The position numbers were made by a program, and so were the translations under genes. The notes below the pieces were generated by a model. It ran no database searches. It was given only the letters and a program-made list of their open reading frames with translations, and was not told the origin of the DNA. A stretch of 32,000 nt of DNA, taken from Granulicatella balaenopterae (GTDB lineage: Bacteria; Bacillota; Bacilli; Lactobacillales; Aerococcaceae). Every line of letters begins with the position of its first letter. The first letter of the stretch is position 1. Of this stretch, positions 1-6,511 are shown one piece after another. The stretch is taken from assembly GCF_900111135.1 (NCBI RefSeq), contig NZ_FOGF01000015.1, positions 1 to 32,000 on the forward strand, written 5' to 3'.

Positions 1-53
1 TTTATTATGGCTTCCACTTTTCCAACAATTCATTTTATATCCCTCAATAATGA

Positions 54-78
54 TTGTATCAAAAATATCTTGATACAA
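54..78 (-). terminator. Weak AT-rich hairpin downstream of the 288-aa pilin gene
   Basis: Perfect 9-bp inverted repeat ttgtatcaa / ttgatacaa with a 7-nt loop, 17 nt after the stop at 96. On the minus strand it is followed only by UCAUUAUU, so the U-tract is poor. Confidence 0.25.
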
Positions 79-95
79 CAATTCATCCCACGAAG

Positions 96-962
96 CTAAA
101 GCTTCGGAGATTTCTTGGTACTATTTTTAACGATAATCTGCTGATCAACCAACTCAACTGATTTTACCACTGTATGATAATCTGACTTTACCTTTGATTT
201 TTCAAGTTTTGTTTTTATTTGTTCAACATTTTCTTGATTAATTGCTATTCCGTTTGCGATAAAGGACTCTTTATTAGATTTCATTATGAAAATAGCTGGA
301 TTTGTAGTATCTCTACTATCAGGGTCGTTTACATCATAAGTAAAATCAAGATACTTACGGGCTGTATCAGAATTATGTTGATCAAATCCTTCTAAATAAA
401 TACGCAAGGCTTGATTCTGACCATCTACCATATAAGTAACTGCAGCATCTCCTACATCAAATGGGATTTCTGCGGCTTCTTCTTGATTATCTATAGGACT
501 ATTAGTAGCTTTACAACTTACCTTAATGATAGCACCACTTGCCTCATATTCAAAAATAACGGTGTAAGTAGCAGGAGTATTATCCATTACCTCACAATCT
601 ACCATTTTATCCTTAAATGGTAAACTATCTGTTAGCTTACTGAAGTTATTTTTGGCTTTACCTTTAGCAACGACACCTGAAACTTCTACTATTGTTACTG
701 CTTTTGGAGTGGTTCTAGTAGTTGTTATCTCACCATCAACAGGCTTGTAGATGGCATTACCAGAACTTGTCTCGGTCAGGTAAGCTGTCTGGGCTTCGGC
801 ATAGGCATTACGCAAATTGGCCACTGTTACAGCATCACGAGACTTTTCTAAATGCTCTGAAAAGATTGGAATAGATAACGCGACTAACATACCAATAATT
901 GCCACAACCATTAATAACTCCGCTACAGTAAATCCTTTTTTATTTGTCATTATCCTCAACAT
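96..962 (-). CDS. Type IV pilin with an additional ~135-aa C-terminal module (288 aa from ATG 962)
   Basis: GGAGG lies 5 nt upstream of ATG 962, so the ORF-track start at 992 is an upstream extension. N-terminus MLRIMTNKKG|FTVAELLMVVAIIGMLVALSIPIF has Gly-1, Phe+1, Glu+5 and a hydrophobic helix. Residues up to about 160 (ORF numbering) align with the 145-aa pilin at 3523..3960 (VANLRNAYAEAQTAYLTETSSGNA; AKGKAKNNFSKLTDSLPF; ATYTVIFEYEASG). A further ~135 aa have no counterpart there. Confidence 0.8.
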   Translation of the reverse strand: MLRIMTNKKGFTVAELLMVVAIIGMLVALSIPIFSEHLEKSRDAVTVANLRNAYAEAQTAYLTETSSGNAIYKPVDGEITTTRTTPKAVTIVEVSGVVAKGKAKNNFSKLTDSLPFKDKMVDCEVMDNTPATYTVIFEYEASGAIIKVSCKATNSPIDNQEEAAEIPFDVGDAAVTYMVDGQNQALRIYLEGFDQHNSDTARKYLDFTYDVNDPDSRDTTNPAIFIMKSNKESFIANGIAINQENVEQIKTKLEKSKVKSDYHTVVKSVELVDQQIIVKNSTKKSPKL

Positions 963-994
963 ATCCCCTCCGTCTTTATAATAATTCAACAATG

Positions 995-1003
995 ATTATA
1001 CCA
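995..1003 (-). promoter_or_regulatory. Extended -10 element TGGTATAAT upstream of pilin 96..962
   Basis: Minus strand reads ctaaggtaTGGTATAATcattg about 35 nt upstream of ATG 962. There is no good -35, which is typical of extended -10 promoters. Confidence 0.4.
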
Positions 1004-1144
1004 TACCTTAGAAAAGAACTTGTGAACAGGATATGTCCTAGTGCTAGTAGTTCTTTCATTAGCAAAACTGCTATCCTTCCTCAAAAAGACGTCCATAACT
1101 TCACAAAAAAAGCGCCAACTAATTAGCTGACACTTATACTAAGT

Positions 1145-1654
1145 TTATAAGTTATCAAAATGATTGACAGATGCATTATCAAAAGCATATTTAGGAGATA
1201 TTGCATCGCAGGGTACGTCCCAATCTTTATCACCTTGTTTTTCAAATACAATCTCACCATCTTCATTAATATAAGGATACGACTTAATAGGATCACTATC
1301 ATCTGAATTAATAAGCACAAATACTCCCAAAATCTTACCTGACTTCTGCTCTCTACATGGTAATATTTCAGTATATTCATGAAAAGAGTTTGAGTTCCCG
1401 CTAAAAAAATTATCTTCATCAAATAATTTTTCTCTTTTAATATTGTAAAGATAATATTTAGGTCCTACTTCGCCACTTGATAGATACTCTTCATAACAGA
1501 TAGAGATACCACTTCTAATATTTGCTATATCTCTTGCATCTTTCGCCTTTTGTAATTGGCCATTAAATACTGGTATTGCAATGGCGACTAATACTCCAAT
1601 AATTGCTACAACAACTAATAATTCCGCTAAAGTAAAGCCTTTTTTATTCTTCAT
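1145..1654 (-). CDS. Type IV pilin paralogue (169 aa from ATG 1654; ORF-track start 1663)
   Basis: N-terminus MKNKKG|FTLAELLVVVAIIGVLVAIAIPVF. GGAG abuts ATG 1663 with zero spacing but lies 9 nt from ATG 1654, so the second ATG is preferred. The C-terminal globular part is unrelated to the other paralogues. Confidence 0.8.
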   Translation of the reverse strand: MKNKKGFTLAELLVVVAIIGVLVAIAIPVFNGQLQKAKDARDIANIRSGISICYEEYLSSGEVGPKYYLYNIKREKLFDEDNFFSGNSNSFHEYTEILPCREQKSGKILGVFVLINSDDSDPIKSYPYINEDGEIVFEKQGDKDWDVPCDAISPKYAFDNASVNHFDNL

Positions 1655-1738
1655 ATTTTTCATCTCCTACTATAGATAATTCTAAATAATTATATAGTTA
1701 TATTTTGTTGATATTTTATTTATCAATTATTCAAATTT

Positions 1739-1768
1739 ATTATACCACTACTCAAGGTCTCTATTCAA
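1739..1768 (-). promoter_or_regulatory. Sigma-A type promoter for pilin 1145..1654
   Basis: Minus strand has TTGAAT (1763..1768), an 18-nt spacer, then extended -10 TGGTATAAT (1739..1747). Confidence 0.55.
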
Positions 1769-1848
1769 TTATCACTTATATATTTTGTATTATTTCGAAA
1801 TATTGCAAAAAAAGTGCCAATAATTCAGATTATCAACACTTGATTAAC

Positions 1849-2334
1849 TTATTCAAAAATGGATACATTATAACGATCTTGTTCAAAAGCTTGAATAATA
1901 TATAACTGATTGGATTGATTATACTTAAATTCTATCACATAGGATTTCCCCTTAGCATTATCTAATTGCTCCATTGTGCCATGAAAGAGTAATTTATGTG
2001 GTATCTCTTCGGCTAACCCACTAAAATCATTCTGTTTCGTTCCTTTAGCTACAATGTCTTTCACGACAATCATTGCCTTTGTATGGCCATCATCTCCAAC
2101 TTTATCAGGATAGGACACATAGATACAATCATTTGATGCACTAGATTCTGATTCAAAAACAGATTTCGCTTCATTTTCTGCATGGATAATTTGTTCAATA
2201 GTCGCTTCATCGCGTGAATGTTCGACATAATCAGTAGCACTAGGCCAGAATAAAGCAATAATCCCCATAGCTACAACTGATACTATCATTATTTCAAATA
2301 TGGTAAAAAGGTGTTTACTCATGAATGTTTTCAT
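1849..2334 (-). CDS. Pilin-like paralogue with a degenerate class III signal (Gly-1 replaced by Leu)
   Basis: The C-terminal two thirds align with pilin 2929..3411 (KGTKQNDFSGLAEEIPHKLLFHGTMEQLDNAKGKSYVIEFKYNQSNQLYIIQAFEQDRYN versus KGKNDNSFTELTEDISFKDVFHETMAKLDDGSGESYVIEFKYDQAGKLYLVQAFDQESYN). The N-terminus is MKTFMSKHL|FTIFEIMIVSVVAMGII. Phe+1 and Glu+5 are retained but the residue before Phe is Leu, not Gly. RBS AAAGGGGG precedes ATG 2334. Confidence 0.7.
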   Translation of the reverse strand: MKTFMSKHLFTIFEIMIVSVVAMGIIALFWPSATDYVEHSRDEATIEQIIHAENEAKSVFESESSASNDCIYVSYPDKVGDDGHTKAMIVVKDIVAKGTKQNDFSGLAEEIPHKLLFHGTMEQLDNAKGKSYVIEFKYNQSNQLYIIQAFEQDRYNVSIFE

Positions 2335-2395
2335 ATTATTGCCCCCTTTTTTTCTAATTAGTAGCTAATCTTACTCTTCTTTCTAACTCTTCCTT

Positions 2396-2404
2396 AGTAT
2401 AGCA
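2396..2404 (-). promoter_or_regulatory. Extended -10 element TGCTATACT upstream of 1849..2334
   Basis: Minus strand reads ttcaTGCTATACTaagg about 60 nt upstream of ATG 2334. Confidence 0.35.
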
Positions 2405-2485
2405 TGAATCCTATCAAAAATAATGACTAAGCATGATATTTGAAGAATGATTATTTTTGAAAGGCTTGTACAGAAAAAATTCTCC

Positions 2486-2788
2486 TTAATCGTTATCCTT
2501 TTTCCCTTTTGGCTCGAATCCCTTAACTAACACCATCTTGTCAACAGCAGAATTCCAAGGATAACTATCATAGTATACCACCCCATCCGAACTACTAGTC
2601 TCAGTTGGGTAAGCAGTTTGAGCTTCGGCATAGGCACTACCTAAATTGGCTACCGTTACTGCATCACGGGACTTTTCTAATTGATTTGTAAATATGGGGA
2701 TGGCGATGGCGACTACTACTCCAATAATTGCGACTACTACTAATCATTCTGCTAAAGTAAATCCTTTATTGTGCTTTTTGTCTACCAT
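2486..2788 (-). pseudogene. Pilin pseudogene: intact RBS, start and class III signal, interrupted by an in-frame TGA at codon 15
   Basis: Not in the ORF track. Manual minus-strand translation from ATG 2788 (GGAG 8 nt upstream) gives MVDKKHNKGFTLAE*LVVVAIIGVVVAIAIPIFTNQLEKSRDAVTVANLGSAYAEAQTAYPTETSSSDGVVYYDSYPWNSAVDKMVLVKGFEPKGKKDND*. The TGA at 2744..2746 sits where the paralogues have Leu (AELL), one substitution away from TTA. The product is also short (100 codons versus 145-170). DNA of the N-terminal half is very similar to pilin 96..962. Confidence 0.65.
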
Positions 2789-2831
2789 ATTATTTCTCCA
2801 GTCATGATATATTATTTACATTTGTGAAATT

Positions 2832-2840
2832 ATTATATCA
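2832..2840 (-). promoter_or_regulatory. Extended -10 element TGATATAAT upstream of the pilin pseudogene
   Basis: Minus strand reads ggaataTGATATAATaatttc about 45 nt upstream of ATG 2788. Confidence 0.35.
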
Positions 2841-2873
2841 TATTCCTATTAAAATCGATGCTTTTTTATGTAA

Positions 2874-2904
2874 ATAAAAAAGTATCAGCCTTATTGACTG
2901 ACAC
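2874..2904 (-). terminator. Rho-independent terminator after pilin 2929..3411
   Basis: Minus-strand RNA GUGUCAG-UCAAUAAGG-CUGAUAC forms a 7-bp stem (one G-U pair), followed by UUUUUUAUUU. Confidence 0.5.
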
Positions 2905-2928
2905 TAAATCGTTTGGTTTATTACATAA

Positions 2929-3411
2929 TTATTCGAGTATTTCTTCGTTATAACTTTCCTGATCAAAAGCTTGAACAAGATATAGTTTTCCTGCTTGGTC
3001 ATATTTGAATTCTATGACATAGGATTCCCCTGAGCCATCATCCAATTTGGCCATGGTTTCATGAAAAACATCTTTAAATGAGATATCTTCTGTTAATTCA
3101 GTGAATGAATTGTCATTTTTACCCTTTGCAATGAAATCTCTTATAACAACCATGCTTTTAGTCTTGCCATCATCTCCAACCTTATCTTGATAGGATACAA
3201 AGATTGCATGCCCATCTTTTGTGCTTTGATGATTTTGTTGGACTAATTGGGCTTCTTGATAGGCACTTTGTAATTCAGCGATTGTTGCTGCATCACGTGA
3301 CTGCTCTATTAAGTTCATGCAGATTGTTAGTGTTAATACTAGCATTACCCCAATAGCAGATATGGTCATTAATAATTCTGCCGTTGTAAACCCTTTTTGA
3401 TTATTCTTCAT
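2929..3411 (-). CDS. Type IV pilin paralogue (160 aa from ATG 3411)
   Basis: GGGAG lies 6 nt upstream of ATG 3411; the ORF-track start 3438 is an extension. N-terminus MKNNQKG|FTTAELLMTISAIGVMLVLTL, followed by the shared SRDAATIAELQSAYQEAQ helix. Confidence 0.8.
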   Translation of the reverse strand: MKNNQKGFTTAELLMTISAIGVMLVLTLTICMNLIEQSRDAATIAELQSAYQEAQLVQQNHQSTKDGHAIFVSYQDKVGDDGKTKSMVVIRDFIAKGKNDNSFTELTEDISFKDVFHETMAKLDDGSGESYVIEFKYDQAGKLYLVQAFDQESYNEEILE

Positions 3412-3445
3412 CTTGCTCTCCCATTGACTACTAGACACTTACAGA

Positions 3446-3493
3446 CAATAAAAAACTGAAAACACCAAGCTGGTATTTCCAGTTTCAGTTTCG
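3446..3493 (-). terminator. Hairpin plus U-tract between the candidate major pilin and the next pilin (possible attenuating terminator)
   Basis: Minus-strand RNA is AAACUGAAACUGG-AAAUA-CCAG(CUUGGUGU)UUUCAGUUU followed by UUUAUUG. The stem has an 8-nt internal loop. Confidence 0.45.
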
Positions 3494-3522
3494 TTCATAT
3501 TAAAATGATGGATTAATTAGTT

Positions 3523-3960
3523 TTATTCTACTGCAATTGAAGAAATTTCTCCATTAGATCCATAAGTAAATGTTACAGTATATTTTCCTGGAGCATTATC
3601 CATTGCATCGAAACCAGATTGTTTATCTGCAAATGGTAAATCTGTTACTAACCCGCTAAAATCATCATCTTTTTTACCTTTAGCGATAACGTTTGTAACT
3701 GCTACTGTTGCTTCACCAGCTGTAGAAGTTGATGATTTATCTGTATAAGTAGCATTTCCACTAGTTGTTTCTGTCATATATGCTACTTGTGCTTCTGCAT
3801 ATGCTGAACGTAGGTTTGCTACTGTTACGGCATCACGTGATTTTTCTAATTGACCTGAGAAGATTGGGATTGAGATGGCTACTAATACCCCGATAATTGC
3901 TACTACTACTAATAATTCAGCTAATGTGAATCCTTTTTGTTCTTTTAATTTTTTGAACAT
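3523..3960 (-). CDS. Type IV pilin, best candidate for the major subunit (145 aa from ATG 3960)
   Basis: A perfect AGGAGG lies 7 nt upstream of ATG 3960; the ORF-track start 4038 is an extension. N-terminus MFKKLKEQKG|FTLAELLVVVAIIGVLVAISIPIF. It is the first gene after pilC, has its own promoter and the strongest RBS of the array, and is followed by a hairpin. This is the usual signature of a major pilin. Confidence 0.85.
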   Translation of the reverse strand: MFKKLKEQKGFTLAELLVVVAIIGVLVAISIPIFSGQLEKSRDAVTVANLRSAYAEAQVAYMTETTSGNATYTDKSSTSTAGEATVAVTNVIAKGKKDDDFSGLVTDLPFADKQSGFDAMDNAPGKYTVTFTYGSNGEISSIAVE

Positions 3961-4033
3961 CTTTATTCCTCCTATAATACGTGTTTTCTTTTTTAAACAA
4001 TACCATAATATGGTCTTCGTTTTCCTTACTATT

Positions 4034-4063
4034 ATCATATAATACTAACCATAGACAGGTCAA
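4034..4063 (-). promoter_or_regulatory. Candidate sigma-A promoter for the major pilin in the pilC-pilin gap
   Basis: Minus strand has TTGACC (4058..4063), an 18-nt spacer, then TATGAT (4034..4039). Confidence 0.45.
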
Positions 4064-4121
4064 TAATTTTCCACTAATTGATTAAAATTTAACTATGGTA
4101 TCCAATTTTGCTACTTATTTC

Positions 4122-5330
4122 CTACATAAAGTTATACATTGTGAAGATTGGTAAGTAGATGGCAATAACGATAAAGCCGGCGAATAAGGCTAGAAAGACT
4201 AGTAATGTCGGTTCTAACTTACTGATGGCTTGTTGCATAGCGTATGATGCTTCATTATCATAATAGTCACCAATTGTCAATAATGTGTCTTCTAATTCCC
4301 CGGTCTCTTCACCGATGGCACACATTTCTTTTAATGTATTAGGGAAATAATTGCAACGTCTAATGCATTCTCCTAATGACTTCCCTTCTTGTAAGGAAAG
4401 TGTCATACGACCGACTTCATCCCCTAAGGTACGGTTAGTCATTGACTTGGCAGTTGTCTGGATAGCATCATCAATACTTAATCCGGCAGTTAATAAAACG
4501 GCCATCGTAGTTGCGAATTGGCTTGAACCTGTTAGAAGATTAATCTTCCCGATGATAGGTGTTTTTAAGACAACATTACTCCAGAATACTTGGCCTTTTT
4601 CAGTTAATGCGCTTAATTTTAAGCCGGCAATGATAGCCCCGATTATAACCATAATGAATAGCCAGTGTGCCGCAAAAAATTCTGATGTTTTAATTAATAC
4701 TCTAGTCATCGCTGGTAATTCCCCACCAAAGTCCTTAAATACGGCTGATAGGGTTGGGATAACTTTTGCCATTACAATAATTAAGACAATAATAGCCACA
4801 ATCACCACAAAGATGGGATAAGTTAGGGCTTGTTTGACTTTTTGATTGGTCTTTTGCGATCTTGTAAAGTAAGTCTCCATCGCTTTAAAAGAATTAGCTA
4901 GAGTTCCTGAGCGCTCGCCTGCTCGCACCGTCTCAATAAATGTCATTGGTAAGCCTTGTCCATGTCGCTCCATAGTATCAGCAATTCCCATACCTTCTGA
5001 GATATCTTCTACTGAGGCTACTAGCATTTTCTTTAATTTTTTGTCTTCTGTTTGTTCAGCAATCATCGCCATAGCTCGTGCAATACCGACGCCTGATTTT
5101 AAGATTATGGCAAATTGTGAACACATCACTGCTAGATGTTTATGAGCTACTTTTGAGCTACCAACTTCCATATCTAGGATGCTATTGGTTTCTTTTACGG
5201 GATTGATTTTAGTAACAACTGGATACGTCGCTTTAATCTTATCAACCGCTTCAAATTCATCAAGTGCTTTGACGACGCCTTTTTTTTGAAGGCCTTCATT
5301 CGTTAAGGCACTATAGCGATAGGTTCTCAT
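4122..5330 (-). CDS. pilC: Type IV pilus platform protein PilC (GspF/T2SSF family)
   Basis: 402 aa with three hydrophobic spans. The GspF-type cytoplasmic domain is duplicated, with the GE(x)(S/T)GxL motif present twice (AGERSGTLANSF and IGEETGELEDTL). It sits immediately after pilB-pilT. Confidence 0.93.
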   Translation of the reverse strand: MRTYRYSALTNEGLQKKGVVKALDEFEAVDKIKATYPVVTKINPVKETNSILDMEVGSSKVAHKHLAVMCSQFAIILKSGVGIARAMAMIAEQTEDKKLKKMLVASVEDISEGMGIADTMERHGQGLPMTFIETVRAGERSGTLANSFKAMETYFTRSQKTNQKVKQALTYPIFVVIVAIIVLIIVMAKVIPTLSAVFKDFGGELPAMTRVLIKTSEFFAAHWLFIMVIIGAIIAGLKLSALTEKGQVFWSNVVLKTPIIGKINLLTGSSQFATTMAVLLTAGLSIDDAIQTTAKSMTNRTLGDEVGRMTLSLQEGKSLGECIRRCNYFPNTLKEMCAIGEETGELEDTLLTIGDYYDNEASYAMQQAISKLEPTLLVFLALFAGFIVIAIYLPIFTMYNFM

Positions 5331-5361
5331 AATTATCCCCCCTTTTTTAGTCTAATGATGC

Positions 5362-6447
5362 TTATTTCCAAGTAGAGATTCCTGGCGGGCGTGTACCTAA
5401 ACGTTGCGCCAAAAAGTCTACATCCTGAGCATTGGCAAAGGCTGTTTCGCTTTTAATTTTATTGGCTCTTACTAATTCAGCCAAGCAATTATCCATAGTG
5501 ATGCTACCGATGTCTCCTGAAGATAAGATGGAAGATTTGATTTGCGGTGTTTTACCTTCACGTATTAAGTTTTTAATGGCGGGTGTTAAAATCATTGTCT
5601 CATAAGCTAGCACACGGCCATTTTCATATTTATTAGGTAATAATTGCTGTGATAATACGGCTTTTAATGTCATTGATAATTGCATACGAATTTGTTGTTG
5701 GCGATTCTCTGGGAAGACGCCAACAATACGGTCAATGGTATCTGAGGCAGAATTAGTATGCAAGGTTGCAAATACTAAGTGTCCGGTCTCAGCGGCAGTT
5801 AGAGCTGTTTCGATAGTGTCAAGGTCACGCATTTCCCCGATTAGAATAATATCTGGGTCTTCACGTAAAATAGCTCGTAAGCCGTCTTGATAACTAGCAG
5901 TATCTTCACCAATTGCACGTTGATTAATCACACATTGATCCGGTGTATAGATATATTCGATTGGATCTTCTAAAGTAATAATATGGTCTTGTCTTTTATG
6001 ATTAATTTCATTAAGTAGTGCAGCTAGGGTAGTTGATTTACCGCTACCAGTCTCACCTGTTACAAGAACTATTCCTTTTTGCCATTTTGTAAAGTCTTTA
6101 ACAACTGGTGGTAAGCCTAGTCTTTCTAATTCTGGGATGGTGCTACTAAGAATACGTAATGCCATTGAGACAGATCCTTGTTGGCGGAAGATATTAATTC
6201 TTAGTCTTTCATTAGCAAGGGTTGCTCCTAAGTCCACTTCACCAATCTCACGCATTTGTTGATATTTCACTCCTGCAAGTGCTTGAGCCATTTGTTCGCA
6301 ATCTTCATCTGTTAATATTTTCTCATCCAAATCGACCAAACGTCCATGTAAGCGGCATTTAACAGGTAAGCCTTTTACAATATGAATATCTGATGCACCC
6401 AAATTAGCAGCTTTTTCAACCAATTGTTCTATACGATTCATTGTCAC
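5362..6447 (-). CDS. pilT: Type IV pilus retraction ATPase PilT
   Basis: 361 aa. Walker A GETGSGKSTT, Asp box EDPIEY, Walker B DIILIGEMRD, His box GHLVFATLHT, and PilT signature AIKNLIREGK. Confidence 0.95.
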   Translation of the reverse strand: MTMNRIEQLVEKAANLGASDIHIVKGLPVKCRLHGRLVDLDEKILTDEDCEQMAQALAGVKYQQMREIGEVDLGATLANERLRINIFRQQGSVSMALRILSSTIPELERLGLPPVVKDFTKWQKGIVLVTGETGSGKSTTLAALLNEINHKRQDHIITLEDPIEYIYTPDQCVINQRAIGEDTASYQDGLRAILREDPDIILIGEMRDLDTIETALTAAETGHLVFATLHTNSASDTIDRIVGVFPENRQQQIRMQLSMTLKAVLSQQLLPNKYENGRVLAYETMILTPAIKNLIREGKTPQIKSSILSSGDIGSITMDNCLAELVRANKIKSETAFANAQDVDFLAQRLGTRPPGISTWK

Positions 6448-6511
6448 TTTACCACCCTACTTTCTTTTATTACGATACCTCACACCTTAAATTTGGCTAT
6501 GAGTGTTCGTT

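Noticed and set aside
1-33. Possible start of another minus-strand gene (GAGGG RBS, then ATG at 33; MNCWKSGSHNK...) running off the left edge
   Set aside because: Only 11 codons are visible, which is too little to call or classify.
1123-1422. 99-aa and 62-aa minus-strand ORFs (1123..1422, 2070..2258) overlapping pilin genes in another frame
   Set aside because: The overlapping frames carrying class III signals and paralogue similarity explain the sequence. The alternative frames have no start context.
2744-2746. Possibility that the in-frame TGA in the pilin remnant is read as Trp (genetic code 4) or selenocysteine
   Set aside because: pilN terminates at a TGA (9061..9063) in a canonical ATGA start/stop overlap. 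Trp is abundantly encoded by TGG (for example in the cell-wall-binding repeats). The position corresponds to Leu, not Trp or Cys, in all paralogues, and no SECIS-like hairpin follows.
3961-4038. N-terminal extensions given by the ORF track for pilin and pil genes (starts at 992, 3438, 4038, 10796, 12499, 13322, 22032)
   Set aside because: In each case an internal ATG has a properly spaced GGAGG-type RBS and places the class III motif 6-12 residues from the start. The longer versions start inside or upstream of the RBS, or overlap the preceding gene (pilM versus pilD, 13322 versus 12645..13364).
4351-4821. 156-aa plus-strand ORF, with similar antisense ORFs at 6774..7061, 10770..11168, 26490..26738, 27833..28081, 29232..29648 and 31623..31973
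   Set aside because: All lie antisense inside genes with strong family motifs (pilC, pilB, pilD, prkC, stp, rsmB, priA). They have no RBS, and their translations are low-complexity or Ser/Ile/Thr-rich, as expected from reading AT-rich coding DNA backwards.
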